DNA of 57,034 nt. Origin: Chloroflexi bacterium HGW-Chloroflexi-9 (GTDB lineage Bacteria > Chloroflexota > Dehalococcoidia > UBA2979). Below are positions 28,511-36,450 of the stretch, in pieces (positions within the stretch are counted from its first letter, which is position 1; every line of letters begins with the position of its first letter). The stretch is from positions 1-57,034 of the forward strand of contig PHBR01000002.1 of NCBI GenBank assembly GCA_002840675.1. Direction: 5' to 3'. A model generated the notes under the pieces. The model was not told the DNA's origin, made no database searches, and saw only the letters and a list, made by a program, of their open reading frames with translations. The position numbers and the translations under genes were made by a program.

Positions 28511-28554
28511 GCAACGCGTTTGCAGCCTCTTCGATCCGGGGGTCCAGGGCTCAG

Positions 28555-29241
28555 TTACGAGAGGTCGGTGAGGCGGTCGGGCGCCAGCAGTTCGATCTTG
28601 CCATGATGAACGCGGATCGCCCCCGCCTCCTCAAGCACCTTCAGTGCCCGGGCGACGACTTCACGGCTCGTACCGGCCATCTCCGCCAGCTCCCGCTGGC
28701 TGAGCCGTCGCGTGAGGTTGATACCCGCACCGACGCCGCCGTGCGGGGTCGAGGCCTGCAGCAGGATGCGTGCCACCCGCTCAGACACGTGACGGAACGA
28801 CAGGTCCTCGACGAGTTCAACCAGGTGGCGCATACGTGCAGTGAGCACGCGGATGATCGCGTCGGCCAGCCCGGGCACGTCCTCCAGGGCGCGGCGCATC
28901 GCGTCCGGCCGAATGACCAGGAGCGCCGAGGGCTCTACGACCGTCGCCGTGGCCGGGTTGGGTCCCCCGTCGAGTACCGCGACCTCGTTGAAGGAACCTC
29001 CGGGACCAACATGTCGGAGGACCTGCTCCCGTCCTTCGACCGAGACCTTCGAGATCTTCACGAGGCCTTCCCGCACGAAGAAGAGGCCCGCGCAGGGTTC
29101 GTCCTGTACGAAGAGCACCGTCCCGGGAGCACAGTCATGGGACACGGCCTGCCGCAAGAGCTGTGTCTGAGCCTCCGCCGGTAGCGCCTCGACCAGGGCG
29201 AAGGCGTGCAGGGGGGTACGGCCGTTGGATGCCTCGGTCAT
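28555..29241 (-). CDS. Crp/Fnr-family transcriptional regulator (no N-terminal Cys cluster)
   Basis: Start at MTEASNG (29241). cNMP-binding-like barrel (GLFFVREGLVKISK). C-terminal HTH LSQRELAEMAGTSREVVARALKVLEEAGAI. Confidence 0.85.
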   Translation of the reverse strand: MTEASNGRTPLHAFALVEALPAEAQTQLLRQAVSHDCAPGTVLFVQDEPCAGLFFVREGLVKISKVSVEGREQVLRHVGPGGSFNEVAVLDGGPNPATATVVEPSALLVIRPDAMRRALEDVPGLADAIIRVLTARMRHLVELVEDLSFRHVSERVARILLQASTPHGGVGAGINLTRRLSQRELAEMAGTSREVVARALKVLEEAGAIRVHHGKIELLAPDRLTDLS

Positions 29242-29532
29242 GCGGCTCACGTTACCGCGACCCCGGCAACGACGGCGAATATCTGGCAGCTCGGCAAGCC
29301 GTGTTCGTGCGCGGCGAGGGCCTGGCGGCCGAGGACAGCGCACGGCGGATCGAGGGTGAACTGGGCGAGGTGGAGTTCCACGGGACGTGCTTTGCGGAAA
29401 TCGACGGCGGCATGTGGGAGCACTGGCCAGGGCGACTTCTTCACATCGCCCGGCCCGCCATGACTCGGCGCTGGCTCGGGGATGTGAGCGTATCGTGGGG
29501 CGAGCAACGAACGTCCAGGGAGGCGGTCAAGC

Positions 29533-29868
29533 ATGATGGTGCGCTGCGGATGGACCGAGATCCTCGACCCGCATAGTCGTCAGACCATCGCGCGCGGACT
29601 CCTGTTCGTCCGCCACACGCCCTTGCCCTACCCGATGGAGGGTTGGTGGGCCGGCGAAATCATGTTCCTCCGCGGCGAAGGGGCGCTCGACCGGCTCAGC
29701 CGCGAGATCTGGGTGCTGGGCCGACGCCAGGGCTCCAACCAGTGCTGGATCCAGGTGACCTCGGTGGAGCCCGCGTGGGTGCCTTCGGGCCTGCGCGCGA
29801 CTGCCCACATCACGAGCTATGACGAGGAGTTCCCGGCGTTCATGAGCGAACTCGGGGGCGATGGCTGA
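29533..29868 (+). CDS. hypothetical protein, unknown function
   Basis: 111-aa ORF with GGGAGG ~9 nt upstream. Trp-rich, coding-like composition. Its stop overlaps the NnrS-like copy 2 start (ATGGCTGA). Confidence 0.5.
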   Translation: MMVRCGWTEILDPHSRQTIARGLLFVRHTPLPYPMEGWWAGEIMFLRGEGALDRLSREIWVLGRRQGSNQCWIQVTSVEPAWVPSGLRATAHITSYDEEFPAFMSELGGDG

Positions 29869-31273
29869 CCCGCAGGGCCGCGGCGGACGCCAGTTGGACG
29901 GGAGTGTCATGCGAGTGTCCAGCCGCGGCGGAGCCGGGCGCGGCCCGCACGTCGCGTTTGTTGCCGCCGCGCTGCTGTTCGCACTCCTCGGTGGACTGCT
30001 CCTTGCGCTTGCCCTGCCGATTGATGCCCTGGCGCGTGGCTCGACCGGCGGCCGCTGGACCGCATACGCACAGGTGCATGGACACCTGCAGACGGTGGGG
30101 TTCGTCGGGCTCTTCATCGTCGGGATGGCGTATCGCCTGCTGCCGGGATTTGCGGGCTTCACGCGCCTTCGCTTCCCTGGCCTGGTGTGGCCCTCGTTCT
30201 GGCTGCTCACCGGCGGCGTGCTGGCGCGCACCATCGGGCAGTCGGTGGCAACCTCCGCTCCGTTCGCGGCGATGATGGCGGGCGGCGCGGCAGCGGAGGC
30301 GGCCGGCGCGGTGCTCGTCGCGGTCAATATCGCCCCGATGAGCTGGCACGCGGCACGCGCGGGTCGACCGTTCGCACTCTTTTTCCTCGCGGGCACGGGC
30401 TGGTTCGTGCTTCAGGCCGTGCTGGGCGCCATCTGGCTCGCGCAACTGGCCGCCATTCGCGGCACCGTGCTCGCACAGGACCGCGACGGCCTGCTCGTCT
30501 TCCTCCAGTTGTTCGGCTTCCACCTGATGTTCATCCTCGGCGTTGGGATCCGGTCGTTCCCGGTGCTGTTCGCGGCCCACCCCGCGACAATGCGTCGCGC
30601 GCTGGCTGCCTGGGCGCCCGTGCAGGTCGGGATCGCGATGCTCGTCATCGGTGCACTGGTCGAGGCCTGGCGAGCGGGACGCGGCTGGGTGGCCGAGGAC
30701 GCTGGGGCGGCCCTCGCGGGTGTGGGCCTGGTCATGGCCGTGTCCCTCACGGGTTGGTGGCGCGCGCCGACGCGCGTACGACCGGCTTCCCGCCCGTTCA
30801 CCTACACGCTCCAACCCGCGATGGCATGGCTCGCAGTCGCCGGTTGCCTGCTGTCGGCATTCGCACTTGACGGCCTCGTTCGAGGCGGGGCGCCCACGGC
30901 CGCGCAGTGGGACGCGGTGCGCCACGTTGTGGCGATCGGCGTCGTCCTCATGACGATCGTCGGCATGGCACAGCTGATCGTGCCGGAGCTGGCGACCGAG
31001 CGACTGGCCGGGCGGCAGGGCGCCTGGCGGGGGATCGCCTTCGGCGTCGCGCTGTCGCTCGCCGTCGTCCTGCGATCGTTCCCGCGCCTGCTCCCCGTAC
31101 AACTGCAAGGAACATGGGTCTACTGGGGAATGGCGGTGGCGGCGCTCACAGCCATCGTCGTGCTTGCGCTGCTGGCGTTCTACTTTGCGCGCGGCGTGCG
31201 GAACCTCCCGGACGGCGCGGCGACGACGGGCGAGCGGCACGAGCGCCCCGGGCCTCCGCGTGAGGACTGGTGA
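29861..31273 (+). CDS. NnrS-like polytopic membrane protein (copy 2)
   Basis: 470 aa with about 12 hydrophobic segments. AQVHGHLQTVGFVGLFIVGM and VRHVVAIGVVLMTIVGM blocks. Alternative start at 29909. Confidence 0.55.
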   Translation: MADPQGRGGRQLDGSVMRVSSRGGAGRGPHVAFVAAALLFALLGGLLLALALPIDALARGSTGGRWTAYAQVHGHLQTVGFVGLFIVGMAYRLLPGFAGFTRLRFPGLVWPSFWLLTGGVLARTIGQSVATSAPFAAMMAGGAAAEAAGAVLVAVNIAPMSWHAARAGRPFALFFLAGTGWFVLQAVLGAIWLAQLAAIRGTVLAQDRDGLLVFLQLFGFHLMFILGVGIRSFPVLFAAHPATMRRALAAWAPVQVGIAMLVIGALVEAWRAGRGWVAEDAGAALAGVGLVMAVSLTGWWRAPTRVRPASRPFTYTLQPAMAWLAVAGCLLSAFALDGLVRGGAPTAAQWDAVRHVVAIGVVLMTIVGMAQLIVPELATERLAGRQGAWRGIAFGVALSLAVVLRSFPRLLPVQLQGTWVYWGMAVAALTAIVVLALLAFYFARGVRNLPDGAATTGERHERPGPPREDW

Positions 31274-31418
31274 GCGAGTAACCGCCACGCGGGCCGCGAC
31301 TGAGCCGGCCGCTCCTTCCCAGATGTGGAGGTGAGGTCGCACGCGAAGAACTGCTCGCGACCACGCCGCCCCTCGGTCACGCGGCGTGCTCGCACGTCCA
31401 GGACGTCCGGGGCCCCGC

Positions 31419-32411
31419 TCATGGCGTCACCACCACCCGGCCGGGGCGGAATCCGCTCTCGACGAGGCGGTGGGATTCCGCCGCGTCCGCCAGCGGCAGT
31501 GTCACGCCGATGCGCACGCGCAACGCGCTGGCCGCGAGCTGCTGGTTAATCAGGCGCGCCGCCGCGGCCAGCTCCACCGTGCTGGCGCCGCCGAGGACGA
31601 AGCCGAGCATGGTCGCGTCACGCGCATAGAACGGTCCGACCGGTAGCACCGGGCGCGCCTGCCCATTCGCCATCAGGATGATCGTCCCGCGCCGGGCAAG
31701 CACCGCGGTCGCAAGCTCCAGGTCGTGATGGCCGGAGGTGTCCCAGTACATCTCCACGCCATCCGGCGCGGCCTCGCGCAGCCGCGTTCCGAGGTCGGGA
31801 TCTCGGTAGTCGAACACGGCAGCGGCCCCGATCGAACGGCACCACTCGAAGTCGTCCTCGCGGGCGGTCGCGAGGACCCGCGCGCCCGCGGCGACGGCGA
31901 GCTGCGTCACGCAGCTGCCTACGCTGCCGCCCGCGCCGCCCACCACGATCGTGCCGCCCGCCCGCAGCACCCCCCGCCCGATGAGCCCGAGGTACGCCGT
32001 GGCGCCCCCGTGGAGGACCGCGACGGCCTCCACCGCCGGCACGCCGTCGGGCAGGTGGTACAGCCGCTCCGCCGGCACCACCACGTGGCGCGCAAACGAT
32101 CCCTGAAGGCCGGCCGTTCCCATGCTGTTGCACCACACGCGGTCGCCCACCGCAAACGCATCCGCGACGGAGGCGCCGGCGGCGAGGACGCTCCCGACGA
32201 GGTCGCGACCGATCACGTAGGGGAACGGGAGCCGGGCGCGGCTTGCCCCGGCACGCACGTACGTGTCGACCGGATCGACGACGAGCGCCTCCGTCTCGAC
32301 GAGCACGTCGGTGGCGCCGAGCGGGGGGACCGGCAACTCGCCCACGTGAATACACTCGGGCGGGCCGCCTTCGGTGATGTAGGCAGCGAGGGTGTGAGTG
32401 GGCTGCGTCAC
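31419..32411 (-). CDS. Zinc-type alcohol dehydrogenase / quinone oxidoreductase family protein
   Basis: GTG start at 32411 (VTQPTHTLAAYI...), preceded by GAGAGGA. MDR-family layout with GGAGGSVG nucleotide-binding loop. Confidence 0.8.
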   Translation of the reverse strand: MTQPTHTLAAYITEGGPPECIHVGELPVPPLGATDVLVETEALVVDPVDTYVRAGASRARLPFPYVIGRDLVGSVLAAGASVADAFAVGDRVWCNSMGTAGLQGSFARHVVVPAERLYHLPDGVPAVEAVAVLHGGATAYLGLIGRGVLRAGGTIVVGGAGGSVGSCVTQLAVAAGARVLATAREDDFEWCRSIGAAAVFDYRDPDLGTRLREAAPDGVEMYWDTSGHHDLELATAVLARRGTIILMANGQARPVLPVGPFYARDATMLGFVLGGASTVELAAAARLINQQLAASALRVRIGVTLPLADAAESHRLVESGFRPGRVVVTP

Positions 32412-32442
32412 GACTGTTCCTCTCTTGCACCGGGGCCGATGT

Positions 32443-33318
32443 CTACCGCTCTGCCACTGCTGGCCAGATGCCGTAGGTCGGCGTCCAGCCGAGGGCGGTC
32501 TTCGCCGCCGCGTTCGAGCAGCGGAAGGAGCGCGCCCTCGGCATCGCGGGGTCCCGCGGCGGTGCGGGGACACCGAGCATCGCGGCGAGCCGGTCCAGGT
32601 AGTCGCCGTTCCGGACCGGCTCGTCCGTGATGTTGAAGACCGAGCCCGCTGGCGCGCTATGCAGCGCGATGAGCGTCGCCTCCGCCATGTCCTCCACGTG
32701 GATGAAGGACACCCAGTTGCGGCCATCGCCCGCGACCGCCTGCTTGCCGTCACGCAGGCGCTCGATCACCGCATCCTGCGCCGTATCCGGGCCGACGAAC
32801 GAACCACCTCGGAGGATGGACCACGCCACCTGTCCGGGGTCGAGCGCGCGCACCATCGCCTCCATCGTCACCACGGCGTGCGCGGTCGCCGCGCGCTCCT
32901 CGCTCTGGTCGAACGGCGTCTCCTCGTCTAGCCAGCGGTCGCCGCCATCCGGATAGGCCATCACAATGCTCTGCTGCACGTAGCGCCGGACACCGGCCGC
33001 AACCGCGGCGGCGAGCAGACGCCGTGTGCCGTCGATGCGGAGCGCGGCGGTGGTGTTCGTCCCGTCCACCCCGGTCGCGCCTGGACGGATCGCGGTGGCA
33101 AGGTGGGCCGCGGCGTCGCAGCCGGCCATCGCCCGGCGTAGCCGCGCGGGATCGTCATGCAGTACGTCGCCCTCGACCAGTTGGACCCCGGGCAGCGCGA
33201 TCGCGTGCGCCTGGGCCACAGACCGCGCCAGCGCCACGACCTCATCGCCGCGCGCGAGGAGTCGCGGAATCAGAGCTCGCCCGTACACGCCCGTCGCTCC
33301 GGCAATGAAGACACGCAT
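32443..33318 (-). CDS. NAD-dependent epimerase/dehydratase (extended SDR)
   Basis: 291 aa with N-terminal MRVFIAGATGVYG Rossmann motif. Confidence 0.8.
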   Translation of the reverse strand: MRVFIAGATGVYGRALIPRLLARGDEVVALARSVAQAHAIALPGVQLVEGDVLHDDPARLRRAMAGCDAAAHLATAIRPGATGVDGTNTTAALRIDGTRRLLAAAVAAGVRRYVQQSIVMAYPDGGDRWLDEETPFDQSEERAATAHAVVTMEAMVRALDPGQVAWSILRGGSFVGPDTAQDAVIERLRDGKQAVAGDGRNWVSFIHVEDMAEATLIALHSAPAGSVFNITDEPVRNGDYLDRLAAMLGVPAPPRDPAMPRARSFRCSNAAAKTALGWTPTYGIWPAVAER

Positions 33319-33372
33319 CGCAATCGCCCTTCGGTCACTCCTACCCGCTTGCCGGGGCGGCCGCCGCAGCGG

Positions 33373-33864
33373 CTACGCCGGTGTACGCAGCGCCTGGCAC
33401 GTCCAGCCAGCGTACGGTCGCATGCCCGCGAGGTGCCCGCGCATTTCATGGGCGCTCTGACCAGCCATGACGCGGTCGATCACGGGATACACGATCCGCT
33501 CCTCCTTCAGGTTGTGCTCCCCGAGCAACTCCAGCAAGACGTCAAGCGCGCCGCGGACGCGTTCCGGTGCAGCGCCACCGACGATCTGCGCCTCGACTTC
33601 GTCGAGCGCATGCCAGATGTCTCCGTGCTCACGGAACATGACTGCGACCGAGGCCACCATCCTGCCTGTACGCAGTGGCGGGAAGAGGAACTCTTCTTCG
33701 AGGTAGATGTGCCGGCGCAGTGCGGCGGCGGCCGCCGCAAACGGTGCGGCCGCCACGGTCCCGGTTGCGAGCGAGGTACCCAGTTGCTCCAGACCCGCAT
33801 CGATCTCCACATGCTCGCGTTCAAGAGCAGCACTCAGGGCGAGATCGTCTGTCATGCCTGGCAC
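33373..33864 (-). CDS. Hemerythrin/HHE cation-binding domain protein (3)
   Basis: 163 aa. Motifs LEREHVEID, HIYLEEEFLFP, FREHGDIWH, EHNLKEE. Confidence 0.7.
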   Translation of the reverse strand: MPGMTDDLALSAALEREHVEIDAGLEQLGTSLATGTVAAAPFAAAAAALRRHIYLEEEFLFPPLRTGRMVASVAVMFREHGDIWHALDEVEAQIVGGAAPERVRGALDVLLELLGEHNLKEERIVYPVIDRVMAGQSAHEMRGHLAGMRPYAGWTCQALRTPA

Positions 33865-33916
33865 CTTTCCTGCACGCGGCTCATGCCCACGATGCCCGAT
33901 GGATGGTCAGCAGGGC

Positions 33917-33932
33917 TGTGACTTCCGTCGCA
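33917..33932. promoter_or_regulatory. CRP-type palindrome, box 3
   Basis: TGTGA-CTTCCG-TCGCA, centred ~60 nt upstream of the ATG at 33864. Confidence 0.4.
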
Positions 33933-34200
33933 GGGCGGGCGAGCCCACTGATGCGAGCGGTCCTGCCTCGTTTCGTTCCTCGCGCCATCGATCCGGCCGT
34001 CCGGGCGCGGACCTTCGCGGTCAGTCGTCCGCGGCGGCACGTGCCCGGGGAAGGCATCCTGATCGCGGACGCGCCCGGCACGGAGTTCTTCGCGGGCACT
34101 CAGCGGGGGTGAAGGTGTCCACACGTCTCCCGGACGGCCGTGAGGAGGTGATCCGCCACACGCGTGTCCGGATGCAGTCTGGCCAGGCCACGCGCCGGGA

Positions 34201-34626
34201 TCATCCAGTCCTGGCGCGCTTGCGTGGGGCCGGCCGAGGACGCTGCTGCTGCTCGAGCAGGTCTTGCAGCACGACTGCTTCGTTGTGCTCGGTGTCGCGT
34301 GCGCCGTAGAGCAGGGTCATGGGCTGCGTGCGCGCCCGCGCAGCGAGGTCGTCGAGGAGCACTGCGTGCTCCGGCGCCTCCAGCTCCGCCCGGTATCGCC
34401 GCTGGAACTCCTCCCAGCGGGCGGGGTCGTGGTTGAACCACTTCCGGAGCTCCGTGCTCGGTGCCAGCTCGCGGGCCCAGAAATCGATCTGGATACGCGC
34501 CTTGCTGATCCCGCGCGGCCACAGTCGGTCGACCAGCACCCGTTGCCCGTCCTCGGCCGCCGGAGGCTCGTAGGCACGCTTGATCAGGATCCTCGGTTGC
34601 CGCCTTGGCACGCTGTCCGCCTGCAT
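34201..34626 (-). CDS. DUF488 (YeaO-like) protein (copy 1)
   Basis: Start at MQADS (34626). VLVDRLWPRGISK...FWARELAPSTELRKWFNHDPARWEEFQRRY is typical of DUF488. Confidence 0.7.
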   Translation of the reverse strand: MQADSVPRRQPRILIKRAYEPPAAEDGQRVLVDRLWPRGISKARIQIDFWARELAPSTELRKWFNHDPARWEEFQRRYRAELEAPEHAVLLDDLAARARTQPMTLLYGARDTEHNEAVVLQDLLEQQQRPRPAPRKRARTG

Positions 34627-34803
34627 CCTCGTTACAGCACGAGTCCTCTCCCCGGGGTGGGGCAGACGTGCCGGCTGGCAGAACGTTCTATAACACTGGA
34701 GTCTACGTGGGAGGTCGGGCCCGGTCGCGGACAAAAGTCACAGCGCGCGTATTGCACGACCGCGAGAATGAGTTGCGGTATGCGTACCGACTGGCTGGAG
34801 TGC

Positions 34804-34822
34804 CGTTCCGTCGTACGGAACG
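34804..34822. promoter_or_regulatory. Perfect 8-bp-arm palindrome in a divergent promoter region
   Basis: CGTTCCGT-CGT-ACGGAACG between DUF488 (minus strand) and the PAS gene (plus strand), ~50 nt upstream of the PAS ATG. Confidence 0.3.
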
Positions 34823-34869
34823 CGTCACCTTGACCGGATGGAACGCGGGGGCAGGAGAGCAGGGCTGGG

Positions 34870-35349
34870 ATGACGGAAGACCTTGCGGAACTGATCTTCG
34901 AGCAAGCACCGGATGCAATTATTTTCGCGGATCTCGCCGGGGCGATACGCGCGTGGAACGCCGGGGCTGAACGGGTGTTCGGACACACCGCCGCGGAGGC
35001 GATCGGCCAACACCTCGATCTCATCATCCCGGAACAGTTTCGAGAGGCGCACTGGCGGGGCTACAGCCGGGCGCTTGCTGCGGGAGAGACGAAGTACCAG
35101 GGACAGGTCCTGCCCACCCGAGCGGTGCGTCGTGACGGTGAGACGATTTATGTAGAGTTGAGCTTCGCGATTATCCACGGTCGGGAGGGTGGTGGTGTGA
35201 TCGGCGCCCTTGCGCATGCGCGTGACATCACCGAGCGGTGGATTCGCGAACGCGAACAGCGGCGCGAGCTTCGAGACCTCCAGCAGCGTGCATCCGGTGA
35301 TACTCGGGCGACACCGCAGACAACCCATACGGGACAACCTCATTCCTGA
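34870..35349 (+). CDS. Stand-alone PAS-domain protein
   Basis: 159 aa. FEQAPDAIIFADLAGAIRAWNAGAERVFGHTAAEAIGQHLDLIIP...DGETIYVELSF is a canonical PAS layout. Confidence 0.75.
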   Translation: MTEDLAELIFEQAPDAIIFADLAGAIRAWNAGAERVFGHTAAEAIGQHLDLIIPEQFREAHWRGYSRALAAGETKYQGQVLPTRAVRRDGETIYVELSFAIIHGREGGGVIGALAHARDITERWIREREQRRELRDLQQRASGDTRATPQTTHTGQPHS

Positions 35350-35492
35350 TGCTCGTCACCTGCGCGGGCGAAGGTGGGGAAGGGTCACGTTGGTGGCGTC
35401 GTGGCATCACAGCGGGACCTGCATGCGCCGCCTGACACGATCCAATAGGCTCTTGCTGTACTCCTCGCGATACGGGATATGGAGGCCACGGG

Positions 35493-35984
35493 ATGTTCAC
35501 GCAGATTCTCACGACGCTCGACGGCTCGGAGTACGCCGAGCGAGCACTCACCTATACCCGTGACCTCGCGAAGATCGCGGGCGCGCAGGTCAACCTGCTT
35601 GCGGTGATCCCAACGGTGCATTCCGCGGGTGCTCCGGCCGCCACGCAACCCGAGGAGCACCGCGCGCAGGCTGCGCTCGCCTACCTGAAAGAGAAGGCCG
35701 AGGCACTGCATGACGCCGGAGTCCCGGATGTCGCAATGCAGATCCGCCACGGTGATCCTGCTGGTCTGATCACCCAGGCGGCGCGGGACCTGGGCGCCGA
35801 CCTCATCGTGATGAGCACGCAGGGCATTGGAGCCGACGGACGTTATGCGCTGGGCAGCGTGGCGCTCAAAGTGCTGATGACGGCGCCGTGTCCGATCTTC
35901 CTCGTGCGCATCAACAAGCCCGAGCCGCCGCGGTCGACCATCGAGGAGCGCTGGCAGGGAGAAGGCGGCGCGAACGTCGGCTAG
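35493..35984 (+). CDS. Universal stress protein (UspA family)
   Basis: 163 aa. ILTTLDGSEYAERAL at the N-terminus, and DLIVMSTQGIG...GSVALKVL at the C-terminus. Confidence 0.85.
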   Translation: MFTQILTTLDGSEYAERALTYTRDLAKIAGAQVNLLAVIPTVHSAGAPAATQPEEHRAQAALAYLKEKAEALHDAGVPDVAMQIRHGDPAGLITQAARDLGADLIVMSTQGIGADGRYALGSVALKVLMTAPCPIFLVRINKPEPPRSTIEERWQGEGGANVG

Positions 35985-36056
35985 GACAAGCGGGCGCGGA
36001 GTGCCCGCCCCACCTCGGCGTCGCGTGTCCGCCTGGATGATCCGGCTGGACAGCAG

Positions 36057-36350
36057 GTGGTGCGCATGAGCCCAGAAGTCACGAACGACGAGGCTGAGGA
36101 ACGCTACGAGCTCCATGTCGGGGGCTCGGTAGCCACCCTGCGGTACCACCTGCAGGGGAGCGAAATCGTCCTGGTCCACACCGAAGTGCCGCCGGCACTC
36201 GGCGGGCAGGGCGTCGGCACGCGGCTGATCCGCGCCGCGCTCGCCGACGCACGCGAGCGCGGTTTGCGGGTGGTGCCCGTCTGCCCGTTCGTGAAGGCGC
36301 ACCTGGCGAAGTACCCGGAGGAAGCGTCGTCGGTTGAGTCCGCAAGCTGA
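36057..36350 (+). CDS. Small GNAT-like N-acetyltransferase (YjdJ/Acetyltransf_CG type)
   Basis: 97 aa: ERYELHVGG..ATLRYHLQGSEIVLVHTEVPPALGGQGVGTRLIRAALADARERGLRVVPVCPFV. Confidence 0.65.
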   Translation: MVRMSPEVTNDEAEERYELHVGGSVATLRYHLQGSEIVLVHTEVPPALGGQGVGTRLIRAALADARERGLRVVPVCPFVKAHLAKYPEEASSVESAS

Positions 36351-36450
36351 GGTGGCCCGGACAGTGCGGTGACTCGCCCTCTCGGCTGGCCCGCACACGG
36401 ACCCGCGGCACCTCGTTGCCTGCGTCGGCCCGGCCGATGGACGGCCGCCT

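Noticed and set aside
28555-29241. Calling the regulator an oxygen-sensing Fnr
   Set aside because: The N-terminus (MTEASNGRTPLHAF...) lacks the Cys cluster needed for an Fnr-type [4Fe-4S] centre. Only a family-level Crp/Fnr call is justified.
29436-29451. A fourth CRP-type box, GGCGA-CTTCT-TCACA
   Set aside because: The spacer is 5 nt rather than 6, and the left half-site is poor.
29290-29576. Upstream ORF sharing an F[VL]RGEG[LA] motif with the 111-aa ORF, as a possible tandem paralog or frameshifted two-repeat gene
   Set aside because: Similarity is limited to one hexapeptide. There is no RBS, and an ATG start would overlap the divergent regulator gene. More likely this is non-coding promoter DNA.
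29527-31342. Minus-strand ORFs of 289 and 500 aa opposite NnrS-like copy 2
   Set aside because: Their composition (Arg/Pro/Gly/His-rich) marks them as antisense shadows of a hydrophobic membrane-protein gene.
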